A stretch of DNA of 64,000 nt from Glycera tridactyla (lineage: Eukaryota). Below the pieces are notes generated by a model. The model had not been told where the DNA came from. It ran no database searches and saw only the letters and a list, made by a program, of their open reading frames with translations. A program made the position numbers and the translations under genes. Location of the stretch: positions 108,810,001-108,874,000 of the forward strand of contig OZ286459.1 of the NCBI GenBank assembly GCA_965644265.1, read 5' to 3'. Below are positions 51,449 through 64,000 of this stretch, piece by piece (the first letter of the stretch is position 1; each line of letters starts with the position of its first letter).

Positions 51449-52203
51449 GCTGACCTCAGCTGTGGTACTTGATGGACACAGGTCAGCAATGTGTACCAGA
51501 TGGTGGCCAGTCTGCTCCTACCAGTACCTCACCAGTATCACACTCACTGATCAATGTCCAGTCACATGCAGGTTCACACCTGCATGTCACTCTAGACAGA
51601 CTTGTCCTTAGCTCACTCCAATTGTTACACAACACCAAGCAGAACCCCCACCTAGACTGCTGACCTATGATGGATAAGACTGAAAATTCACTGTATTCTC
51701 TAAAAAGGCAGAATAGGCCGTACCAACAACCCAAGATCATTTAGCTGGTCCTATTTACCTTACCACTTTACCCCATTCAGGTGTTAATACATACATAGCA
51801 GATCTTTGGATGTTTTGCAAGATAGGTGCCCCTGTGACCCATAAACCAGAAATATGAGTCAGAACTCAAAATGATGGGCCCTCTCATATATTAACAGGGA
51901 TAAACAGGGGGAATGATTACATGAATAAGCTCAAACAGAACTGCCAGAGCAGGTACTGGTAGACAGGTTTGTAAACTTGCTGAATACAAGTGAACTTGCC
52001 CGGACATCTCTACATACACCTTGCACCTTTTCCCATTGATCATTCCTTTGAGTTTCTGACCACACTGCACCAGGACTAGAGCAGAATGGAGATTGCCAGC
52101 TCTCTCATTATGCCTGATACCTGGATCCTCCATATTTACACTGGCCACAAATATTTACATCACAAACAGTATCCGCCCCATTCCACATCTTTTTCCTAGG
52201 TAA

Positions 52204-52334
52204 NNNNNNNNNNNNNNNNNNNNNNNNNNNNNNNNNNNNNNNNNNNNNNNNNNNNNNNNNNNNNNNNNNNNNNNNNNNNNNNNNNNNNNNNNNNNNNNNN
52301 NNNNNNNNNNNNNNNNNNNNNNNNNNNNNNNNNN
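52204..52334. other. Assembly gap (N run)
   Basis: 131 N. Confidence 1.
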
Positions 52335-52366
52335 TAAATTAATATCAGGGATTTACTGCAAGAGAT

Positions 52367-52423
52367 CCATGAAATGTGTCAAATTTTGGGGGATTCTTAT
52401 GGGGATTGAACCCACAACCTCTT
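52367..52423 (-). mobile_element. tRNA-derived SINE-like fragment (second copy)
   Basis: Minus strand AGAGGTTGTGGGTTCAATCCCCATAAGAATCCCCCAAAATTT...CATGGAT. Confidence 0.55.
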
Positions 52424-55400
52424 GGTAAGGCACAACATGCACCCACACACCCACACAACCACCCCCCCCCCCCCACACACACACAGTATCAAGGACAAGA
52501 ACAAGTGAATGGAATGGCAGACAAATATGAGTTATTGTGGGTGTTGAATGTGAGATGGTGGGTGGGCGGGTGGAGATCATGTCCTCAAGGCAACAGGTGG
52601 GCTTCCTTAGCTCATCATCCTCAGACATGCTATCACCAACCTTGCCCACTATCTACACCATCATTCAACCCTCCCCACTCACCACCATGCTTCTTCCACC
52701 CCATAAACTTACCCCACTCACCCATACCTCATGGATTCTCACTCTAACCATAAATATTCTTAAGTTCTCAACACAGAACATCAACTGTTCATAGCTTCAT
52801 CTCAGTAGAAATATTCTTGCTGGAGATCCTTCTTTCAAACAGAACTGGCAATATATACATGGGGAACACTCAGAGACCCAAAAAAATATCAGGTGTTCAA
52901 GCAAACAAGCATTATTTAGCACTAAGTTTTGTGGAGCTAATAAACCATTTTTTCTCAAGGCAAATTTGCCACTTTTCCAGGGCGAGTGTGTCATATATTT
53001 GTGCTTTCAAAATAGCAGCGTGCATAAAATATACTTGATGAACAGGCAAACCAAATTTGATGTGAGCTCCAAATATTTTCAAGGACAAATTGTGGGCCCA
53101 TCCAAGGTCCAGTAATTCGAGAGCACTCTAAATGGAGGCATTCTTGAAGTGAATGAAGTCAGGAATCTCAAGAAATTGGGATGTAAGTAGTGAGATGATA
53201 GACAAGAATGTATTCCATCTTGCAGTGACATCTGTTGAGCAAATTCATAAATATTCAATCAACAACTAGTTGTCTGATCATCATTTAGAGAGCTGTATGA
53301 TACAGTGCAACCTGTTTATACAAGCCGCCAATGGCGGCATGAAGTGGTCTTTGTAGATGGATTGCCAATGTAGAAAGGTGATATATGGATGTGGTTGTTT
53401 TCCGGGCAGAATACCTCATTTTGACAACTTCTTGGGACCCAAGAGACCTACCACTGAAAGCGCGGACTCAATCACAGTCTTTACTCAGCCTATGGTCTTG
53501 AACTCTTTAGAACTACATTTCCCAGACCAACTCTCACTCAGTTATACCTCCACAATTTTCCAAACCCACCACAGGAAAGACTATGTAATAAGATGATCCT
53601 ATGGTATGTAACATGTATATTGGCCTGGCATGGTTGGCTACAATGAAAGCAGGTATGAAATATGCTATCTGCAATACATCATGCAGGAATGTCTCCCACA
53701 GGAATACATTATTTATGAGTTCATCCTTCTCTGAATGGTCCTGATGGGGAGGGCACCTGGGACAATACACAGGGGAACCCATAAACTGGCCCCGCATAGG
53801 AATATGAGCAGCAAAACAGGTGAGCTAAGGGCATCAAATGTCATGATACAACCCACCAATGAATACATGGCATCTATGTTATGATCCCTGCCATTATAAC
53901 GATCCTAGTCCAGTGCATCAATTATCTCACATGCTATTTCCTAGATATTTTGGTGAAAGAAAATCCTGAAATTGGCAAGAAACAAAAGATCTTACTCAAC
54001 AGAAAGGGGTGCCTTTATTTGATTATATTGGCAGCCTGAGGATCAGAAATAGGTATCATCATTTCAAAATTTGGAGAAGGCCCACACTAGTTCTGAGCTG
54101 GATAACACTGTAGGATAATAGAATCTTCACCATGAAAATATGGGGAGGATCAGTCAAGAGACTTCATATGTTCTAACCTGGCTACATATAGAGAACAGAA
54201 TGAGAACATAGAGAGAAGAGATCATCATTATGGGGTCAGCTGAATTAGTCAGCATTTCTGCTCGTTCATCAGTGAAATAGCCAGCTTCCCGACATCACAT
54301 CGATGTAAAAAAAATCCACCGGGTTGTGATCAGCTAATGATCCAACCCTAGATGAACATCACATTACACTTGATGGTGAATTCCCTGGACAGCCATTATA
54401 ACTGCTAAATTCCCATAACCATTCAAAACCTCTACAAACACTCTGACAAAGAGTGCAGGAGTGGATATCAGTGTCTGATTATGACAACCACTTCGCATGG
54501 TGTAATGAATGCTTGAATGTTGCAATCATACGCTTCCAATCTCATCAAATTTAACTTGATTCTAATTGATTTTTCATTTCTCTCCCTAAAATCCAGGGAT
54601 ATGGAGGTGCTGAATGAAGTTTTGATCTCGCCAGGGCGCAGCTTCAAACATCGATTATCTAAATCAGCAACAGGTTTGACTTTTTATGAGCGAAACCGCA
54701 GATACATTTTCCAGAAATGATTTCTAGAGCAATGTTCCAGATGATGCAATTTGAGGTAAATCTTGGATTCAAAGATAGCGAGGTGAAAACTCATATCAAT
54801 TTGTGAAGCAACACTAACAAAGTTATAATGAAGAGAAAAGCCCATATTCAGTCAATAGTAGGAAGATTGCATCACTGAATATCTATCCATCTAGACAACC
54901 GAGCTGACAGACACTAGTCCGAATGTGAATCTGCTAAAAAATGATGGGAGAGTTGAAATCCAGCAGGCAAAAGCAAATGTATCCTAATGAATTGTGTATG
55001 GGAACGCTGAATAGATGGATGCATCTCAGGTTCAATCTATGTACGGATTACGGAATGACTCTAATACATACCTGATTTTGAGGGTAGTAATGAGGAACAT
55101 AGGGATAGTAAATATGCTCAGGATACTCCATGAGAACTGATATAAGTGGAAACGACTGACGTAGGATAAATCCGGGATATAATAGTAGAATAAAACCGGG
55201 ATGGAATCGTAGCTCTAGACCGTCACTACCTTGAAAGATGCACCCACAATTGTTGATGCCAGGAGGGCAAACTGTAAGATGGTCAGACAGAGATGGTGGT
55301 CAGTACATGGAGATGTATATGCACATATGTATGTATATATGCAGTTAGTGACCCAGATCCAGCTGTAAGAATGTCCCCAGGAGAAAGGTATGGCAATGAG

Positions 55401-55561
55401 GAGTAGGAGGAAACAGCAGGTTTGGCTCGCATCTGACATTGTCCAGTGCTGACCTCCTGACCTCTGACCTGCCCATCCAGCCCAAACAGGTTGCCATCTC
55501 CAACCTACTCCTAACTGTACATGGTACATGGTCTAACCCACTATGGGATACAACCGTTATA

Positions 55562-55732
55562 CAGTGAAACCTGCGACAAGAGACCACCCCAAATGTCACC
55601 AAAAAACGGTCTTTCAAAAGAGATGGTCTCTCGTCAGAGGTATAATTGACTATGTCAAATAGAAATGCTGCCCTAGAAACGCGGTCTCCCGCTGGATGCC
55701 TTGTAGGGGGTCTCCCTTCGCAGGTTTCACTG
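55562..55732. mobile_element. 171-bp TA-flanked MITE
   Basis: TA|CAGTGAAACCTGCG...CGCAGGTTTCACTG|TA: 14-bp perfect TIR. Confidence 0.9.
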
Positions 55733-58700
55733 TACAGGGTCTGACCCACCATGGGATACAACCTTTATATCAGCTCCACTAACCTCTAAAAGACCAACCA
55801 TTATATTTTCTGTGCTTTCATATCTGAAATTATTGTTGGATTCTGTTGTTCCATAACATGTTTTTTTCGGCAACACATATTCTATGTGTGCATGTGCACA
55901 TGCTCATGTATGAGTATGCATAGGTGTTCATGCATATATGCACACAGCTAGCTGCGTATGTGGGCAGGCACCCTGTGTATTTGCACAGTGGAGTGTATTT
56001 ACTCGAAGTAAGCAATCCAGCTAGTTACATACATAGCATGTATCACATCAGCTGCAACAGGTGTGCCTGCATTCGTTTCAGGTACAGACAAAAGGGCCCC
56101 CACCCACCACCTGCCCTACCCCCACCCACCCAACCACCCAATATGCCTGCTTTGTGCCACATGATTAGGCCCTGCACATGAAATATCGCCTTCATCCGAA
56201 TCATGACCACCTTCATCAAAATCCGTGACAGATTGATATGAATAAGATGACAGACAGGTAGTGCTGCAATATAGCAAGAAACCATTATAACTTCATCACA
56301 TGAAATTGCTATGAAGTCCAGGGTTTTCAATTTTTTATAGGTCTGGTTGATAATCAATCATCCTGATAATATTTCAAGAAATCCTCAATTCAGAGAACTA
56401 TAAATATGGTAAATTTGAAAATTTGTCTGTTTCAGTTTGAAGGAGAGATGGATAATCAACACAATCGACACATGGAGAGTTCAAGGGGAAAACCAGTGAC
56501 ACAGGTGTGTTTATACTGGAAGGATTTTAACATCAGAACTGCATCAGATTCCTGAATATAGTGACTGGCTATACCCAGCCAATGTATATTCATCAATTCA
56601 ATTCAATTTAAAATTCTTCATTTTCACTGTATTCATGCAGGACATAGGCAACTACATAACAGGCTGACAATTGATCTCTATATTATAACAATTAATCATA
56701 AGGGGGAGCCTAGTCCATGGGAGGGGGGGGGGCATACCTATCCTCCTAGGGGAGCCAATCATCACTGCAGGGGCAATCATCTCTGCTGGGCCACCATAAC
56801 CATCACTGCAGGATGCCCAATCATCCCTGGAGGGGCACTGTCATGATCAAACTAAGGGGTCATGTTAGGGCACAGTCAACACAGGAGGGGGGCACAGTAA
56901 CTGAGATAGGTGGGGGCTACCTTTACCTAGATGTAGAACCATAGCAGAACCCTAACATTGCCTGGGTTATTGCCAATTAGAAGTGACATTTCGGTCCATC
57001 AGGAAGGGAACATCCTGCCAATTATCAGAGACAATAGATGAAATCCTAGGGACAAAAAGTCCGTGGTATATGCCATCCACATGATCTCAAACATGACCTC
57101 CCTGATTCTGGAGCAACGATGAGCTAGTGCATGAATACAATTCAGAATTCATCAATTGATACAGATGACCTTTGGGAAGAGAGAACTAGCTTGCATGATT
57201 TCAAGAATAGCAAAAAATCTTGACAAGTTTCATCGGCACTGACCAAATATAATGGCGCCATCTGTTAGAAATCATCTGAACATTGTGGGGAATTGTATAA
57301 AATATGAAAGCGAGCCCCGGCCAATTCAATATTGTTACCATGAACTGAGAAGGGTTTTTTCATCTTTTTGTATTCTCTCATATGGAGCCGATGGAATTAG
57401 CCAGATTTGATTCAGTACAGGTAAAATCGGACTGACAATGATAGAGCCATTGCCTTTCTCAGGTTGCACTTCTGTATTGTGAATTTTCATATGGATGTAC
57501 TTTACCGTTTTGTTATTTTTCTCACAAGTTTGGAATCATATTTCAGCTTCCCAGAACAATGGAGAAAGGGGATTCTCAAAGTTTAGTGCACTTTTGAGCT
57601 CTCTGAGATCAAATTTGAAAGTAATGCTTGGATTGCTCACCCAGTATTGTGCTATGACACCATCAAATAAGTCAGTTTTCATGATACTAACTTAGCAGGT
57701 CCAATTATGAATCAGTGAATACCCTTCGCGGATGTTCAGTTCTCTGTAGTGGACCTGTGTGGTTTCCCCCAGTTCTTTGAAAGGCCGTGCAACTGTACAA
57801 ATCAAAAGCCTATTTTCGAAGAGGTGCAGATAGTATTCTCTCGTTCCCATGAACCTGGGATCACACCTTTCTCATGATAAAAGAATCCTGGACATGGGTT
57901 AACAAAACAGGTATGGCTGGTGGATCAAATGAACCTGATTATACACATGATGGTGGGAGGGTAGTATCATTTGGCCATTGTGCCACCAAACTGTGTGTGA
58001 AATATCTGGTCAAAGGAATCAAGCTGAGTCTTGACATTGTTCCGGTACAGTTTGATGAGAGAATGGAGGAGAATGATGAGGCATTTCACTTGGACATTCC
58101 CATGTTCAATCCATATTTTGAGCCACTAATTCTGTCCAAAATATGTAAGGAACTCCGCACAAAATCTCAACATCTTCAATAACTTGGATGACCGAATCTT
58201 GTTGTTTACCCATAATGTGTGGGTATGATAGTTTTGCGGTATATGCATATAATAGATGCCAATCATTAAAGGACAAAAATAGTAGTGGTGCCAATTTTGC
58301 CAATTTCAAAGAGTACCTATGCCCATATTTGCAATAGGATGAGAAAATTCTTAATTTTGCAGATGCATCACGAATAAAATGCAATAGTTGTGGCCTGAAG
58401 AGAGAAGTTAGTGCTTCAATATAGCAGCGGTTGGCATGTATGGGGTATATATGTGTACTAGTATAAAGTGAGGAATGAACTTGTGAATATATCAAACTGT
58501 GTGGTATTGTGTGATATATGAGAATATGGAGCATACGGAAGCTGGCATGTCCTCCATCCACTCCATCAGCCCTGCCATTACACTCAACACCACTGAACCT
58601 ATCTGATATGTCACATCTCACTGTGAAAATAAATCGCTACCTAACCCTCCCCGCTCTACCCCACCAGCCAGACCCCTGGTCCTGATTCCTATCTTCAGCA

Positions 58701-61700
58701 CTTCTTCTATCAAGGATGGCAGGCAAGTCCTACTGCTTGCACGGATGCTATATCTCTCTAAGTCAACCTCTGGTTATTCTGTGAGAAGAATAAAACAGAT
58801 CACACCAGGTATGTGATTGGCTCACAATCAAAACCCCTGAAAACTAGATTTTGTGAGCTGCGCAACCCGAACAACTGCTAATAATCATAGCTACTAAAAC
58901 TGCATATACTTAGTGCTCTATCTCCACTAATTCTGGTCAGATTTTCATGATCTAAAATCCATAATATTTAGCATAAAGTGCTCTTCCGTGCATACAGAAC
59001 TTACAAAATCAGGGATGCTAATCTTTGCAGAATGTAATTAGTTATGATGGCAATTTCCAAAAGTAATGATGGTAGCAGTTGCAATAATAAAATAAGAGGA
59101 TTATGAAATTCTTGAGAGTGATGTCACTCGTAAAATGCCAAAATTTTGGCTCAGAACGGGTAATCATTGACCACATCTCTGAGAAATGCATTTATTCGAA
59201 GGACCGACTTCATCAATGGTTAGGTTAGTAAGTCTATACTGGAAAGAAAATATCCGCAGACCAGCCATCAATAAACTGATTGCAGTTTACTGATAAAAGT
59301 AATATCTGGACATTTTTGTCAATCACATTCATATTATGCAGCAAAATAGACACTTATTTTCCTGCAAGTATCAGATGAAACTACATGATTACTTGGTCAA
59401 GGTGTGTTCAATGAGTCTAGTGGTGCCTGAGATTTTCAATTAATGTTAAAAATGTCAAAAACTGATCATAATGATTTAGAATATGTAAGCAATCTAATCC
59501 ATCCAGAGTTTCTGCTATCTATATGGCCACCACAATATTCATTGTGATGACACACACAGTGTAGAGCATTATACAATACTGAAAATTCCCAGTCACATGG
59601 ATATAAAACTGAATCTCATTAGTCATTTTCCAAGCATGCCATGAGTTGGGGTGAGATATTCAAATCCATATTCTCCAAACTTTGAGTGGAAAGCCATGTA
59701 ACTTTGACAGGAACCTGTCTCTACAGAACAATTTGGCATCAACGAGGGAGAGTATGAAGAAGAAATATGGGGTGGAATGATGTGGATTAATTACAGCATG
59801 AGTATATGAGGCGAACCTCACCAACCCCTGGCATCATTCAAGCTCGTTACAAGTGCTTGCAAGGCCATTAGGTTTCACTAAATCTAAATGGTGTGAGATT
59901 CACACATATACAGGCATCCTTAGATGCTTTCTAGCTTTCTGCCTCTCTTGGGAAGGCCTATTCCATGAACTGCAGCAGAATTTGCTATCAGCAGCTCCTG
60001 TGTGTCAAATTACCCAATATTAGGGTGCGTGACCTTTTGGGGCATTTATCAATATGTGTAACTTGATTGCTTCTTGGTAACTTGATACTTTTTTTGGCCA
60101 GTGAGATGTTGATTTCAACCAATACTAAGAGGGTGCTGCCCATCTGCGAAGCCCCCCCCCCCCCACCCCCACCTAATCTACTTGCAGGAGTGCTGCCCCA
60201 TCTTCAAAAGGCCTAAAAGCTCTACTTTACTTACTCTGCATTGTTCATGACACTAGATATGCCCTCCTCACATTCACCTAAATAAATTGTCTGAATGCAC
60301 AGAGACTAATATATGGATAATACAAGATCGGTGCTTGTGCTTTGTGACTCCATTTTCAAGAGAGATATCCCATAATTTGAAGAAATGGGAGACAAATTTA
60401 CCCTATCCAGTTGCATTTAGGTGGAAAACTGCAATTGGGTAGTTAAAAGATTTGGGAAATTTAGGCAGGACATGGTGCGTTCAGACTGTTTTTTACTTAT
60501 AAAAATTTCTGGTGAACACATGACTCAAATGTGTGCGTATGTGCACACACACATGCACACACACACTGAGCTAGGGTGTAATCTTGGATACATCAGATGG
60601 GTGAGCTCTGCTGTCACTAAATGATAGCCCCTGATGACAAGAACAGGCAGTAGTGTACACACCAAGGCTGATGATGTTTTTCCAGCATCACCTACCCCAA
60701 GGCTAGAATAATATTTGATCATTTACAGAAACAACAGACCATAATGAATGAAAGCCCACTCATTACTTGCCTGATGGCTGTGCTGACCTTTCTCTGGGTG
60801 ATGGTAGCTACACATTCTCCAAGCATCTGGGCCCACGATAATAACACCACAACCAAGAGGCTTCCCATCATGCCACTATAAGTCTCTTGACTTCAGCCAG
60901 AAAAATCAAATCAATCAGTACAGTTACTGAATAATCTATACGATCAGTATCATTCAACTTTTTAGCAGTTTTCCACTATTTTAGAAAACATTTCCCAGAT
61001 GATTCCAGTAATCAGATTCAGAATTGGGAGGAGTGAAGTGTTCTGGCAATGATCTGAGATGATTGTCAGTCATGCAACAGATAAACTGGAGCCATGTTGA
61101 CAGTGTCCATTCACATGGACACAAATCCTATGTGACAATTTTTACACAAAGCAGAGATTTGAAAGTTTCAATTTGAGTATGAGGATTCTGAGACCCATCA
61201 ACTGATCTTTTGCGCACCATCTATCAAAATATATAAACCATCTTCAACATGGGAGTATTAATGGCACATGACCTAAACCAAATGAATTCTTCAAAACCAC
61301 AAGTCATTCAAAACCACACGAGTCATGTGAGCTGGAGGGATACATGACAAGTCTAGTGGGACTGACTATCGGAAAAAGGCTGGGACTATCAGCCTAGACT
61401 AGGAGCTCCATGAGTTTCAGTCAGCTGCAGGCTGTGATCAGAGTCAAACCAGCAACTAAACAACCCTAATAAGAAACCACCGCAGATATAAATCTAAATT
61501 GGATCTATCCAGCATGGCACCAACCATCATCTCATCTTGCCTGTGTATGAGCACACGTTCTGAGTTGTACAGTGTAAGAATCCCTATTCAAACCTGTTGA
61601 TCATGGATGCTCATAAGGATGTCATGATGTGTAGCCCTGGCTCCATCACAAGCTCTATGAACACTGAGAACAGGGAACCTATTTTCAAACAAAATCCCAA

Positions 61701-62404
61701 GTTCTTACCACAAACTACACTCCTTGCTATCTTCCTCTACTCCCCTAAATGACCCAAATGGTAGCTAAGAGTTAGGTAGTGTTGAGTTTCAGGATGACAG
61801 ACTGATTGAGGGAGATCGAATGACAACCAACCAGTGGGAATGATCCTATCTAGAAGGATGTGAGCCTAATCTCGTATTTTGAGGTGGCCAGCATGTGCTA
61901 CAGACAGGATACACAGTGATACTGGTCAGATACCAGAACACAACACCATCACTTCCTTATTCCTGTATACTGGCACCACATATCAAGTGGGACCACATAT
62001 CCTAATGACCATGACCTAACACACAACTCACAACTCTGGACACTATGATCAACACACTCTTCATTTTGTTTGGAGATTTGAGCGTCTGTTCTGAATGTCA
62101 TGTTTGATAATTCGAAAGCTCTAGGTTGAAACTAGTTCCCAATGACCATACAGCTTCAAACTTTTTAAAACAATTTCTAAATTTATGCCATTTTCATCAA
62201 ACTTCTGTCTGAGAACATTATGGAAGGTTGGGGGAGGGGGTGTATGCTAGGGTTCCGTAGGGGGAAAAAAGTTTGGAAGATATGTCAAGCCATTCCACAG
62301 GAATGCTGCCGGTGGAAGTGCACACATTTATATATCATGTCCAATAGCACAAATATAGACAAACAATATTCTGCTTGCATAAGATGCTGAAGAAAATAAC
62401 TCAC

Positions 62405-62551
62405 CTGATTCTTCTTCTTTGCCAAGACTAGATTGGTCATACGGCCAAACGGCAAGCCCAACTGTATGATTTCACTCTCTGTGGCGTCATTTGGAACGTT
62501 GCGCAGATGCAACACCCGCGATGGTTTGCACACATTCTGTTCCAGTTTGAC
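62405..62551 (-). CDS. PTBP1: PTB-family protein coding exon, first half of RRM1 (147 nt, phase 0-0): [49 protein letters not shown]
   Basis: Acceptor tcttcttttag|GTC, donor CAG|gtgagt. The peptide matches the PTB RRM1 pattern PSRVIHIR...[22 protein letters not shown] (recalled). Confidence 0.96.
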
Positions 62552-64000
62552 CTAAAAGAAGACAAACAACAATCCATCTTATAGTTTCGGAGAATGAATC
62601 AGCTGAAATCTTATACAACTTGTTATCAGTGATGCTATTGAACTGTGATAAAATTTCCTGAAAGGTAAACAAATTTTCGTGAAAATTCTCCTATATAGTC
62701 CAAACAACATCAGACAAGAAACCTACAGCCCAAACTGAGATGTTCTTTATTGTTGATTACAATTTTTGAGAAAAATGTCTGAGTTCAGAGTACTTTCCTG
62801 AAAATGGGCATCACTGTGGCAGAATCTTTGAATATATTATAGTAGGCAGGTATGAATCCATTGAGTATAAGATAACAGAGAGTGTGCAAGCACATGCATG
62901 CTCAATAGCGTGGATGATACATGCACCTGAGATTGCCGGTGTGGGAAATACACTGCAAATCTAATGGATGTCATCTAAAATCAAAGAACAAAACGATTTA
63001 TAGAAAAAAGAACCCCTAATTGAAGGGACTTTCTTTCTTTACATAAGTTAAATTGTAGAAAAAACTGCAACTACAACTCTACCATCTGCTATGTTAATGA
63101 GTAAAATGGTGGACCTGTTATCTTTAGAGTATTGTATTGAATTGATAACTTTTTTCATAACAATAGTATTTTCACTGCCTTTATACAATCACAACAGACA
63201 TACGAAGACCAGCCTGAACAGTAAACCTCCAATCTACAAGGGCCACCTGTCCACGAAGATCAGTTTTTTATGAGCCTGATGGTGGTGTTGTAGACATGTG
63301 TATACTAAATGCTGTGGTCAAATCAATTATTGAATGCTGGCCATCATGTGTCCTGGGGAACACTCTATTGAACATACTGTGAGAGGCATCTATCTATCTA
63401 TGATGCACCCTGTTCCCTGCTGTCAGCTCTGTGTGCATCTGTCGGGAGAGGGGGGTATCCAGCTAACAAGGGCTGTATCTATGCACAGAGAGCATCAGTG
63501 AACACTGCCAGTTTGCATGACAACTGCCTCCGATGACAGCTCACTTCTCACACTGCACATCCCCCATATTATTGGATGCTTCACCTCATCAATGCCAACC
63601 CCCAAGAAGTATCTATGATGCCAATTCTTAGGGATAATGATAGTGCAATTTTGACAAACCTATTGGAAGATTTAATTCTCCAGAGATGCCAACCTTTGAA
63701 GGACATAATAGTAGCTTTGCCCATTTCGCAGAGTAGCAGTGCCATTATTTCCAATTGAATGGGGAGAGAAAAATTTCCTTCTTTTTTTGTGGAGTAGCAT
63801 GAATCAAGAAATGCAAGAAATTTTGTCTAAAAATAGTCACTATCTTCAAATTGTATTGGTTGGCATCTTTATTCTGTAAAGTGGAAGTGGTAACTCTGAG
63901 GATCATATCAGAGAGACACTGAGAAGTCAGTAATAGCAGGTTGGCACAGGCTAATGCTCTGTGCCACCTCCAAGGGCTATCAACTTCATGCCTCTGGCTC

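Noticed and set aside
58106-58621. 171-aa minus-strand ORF and neighbouring coding-like sequence at 57.7-58.2 kb
   Set aside because: No recognisable family and adjacent frames are interrupted by stops. It may be an old transposon remnant, which needs a translated search against a repeat library.
62552-64000. Search for PTB N-terminal exons (KRGSDE-type NLS/NES region)
   Set aside because: Not found. They presumably lie beyond the window end.

Overview
AT-rich animal genomic DNA, probably an invertebrate bilaterian (the species cannot be determined from the sequence), with two N gaps. Almost the whole window is intron of one large minus-strand gene, a polypyrimidine tract-binding protein (PTBP1/hephaestus family). 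Seven core coding exons were joined by hand across GT-AG junctions with consistent phases: 62551-62405, 38727-38587, 29417-29289, 23483-23432, 21585-21527, 15994-15820 and 6834-6701. They encode RRM1, RRM2, the linker and the first strand of RRM3. The N-terminus lies beyond 64000, and I found no exon for the rest of RRM3 or RRM4, so these probably lie below position 1. None of the other supplied ORFs is a credible protein. The most interesting signals are: (1) a cluster of small phase-1 cassette exons in the RRM2-RRM3 linker (81 nt, homologous to vertebrate PTBP1 exon 9; 18/57 nt; 33/37/42 nt with poison options; 27 nt); (2) a strong orphan acceptor at 3191 leading to a stop and AATAAA; (3) a hidden in-frame exon at 49596-49546 beside a CpG/YY1/GC-box island; (4) inverted MITE copies flanking two phase-0 exons (circRNA candidate); (5) clustered CTCF-like motifs. 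The introns also carry TA-flanked and CAGGG-ended MITEs, a tRNA-type SINE, an unclassified dispersed repeat and microsatellites. All non-core exon calls are sequence-only predictions.
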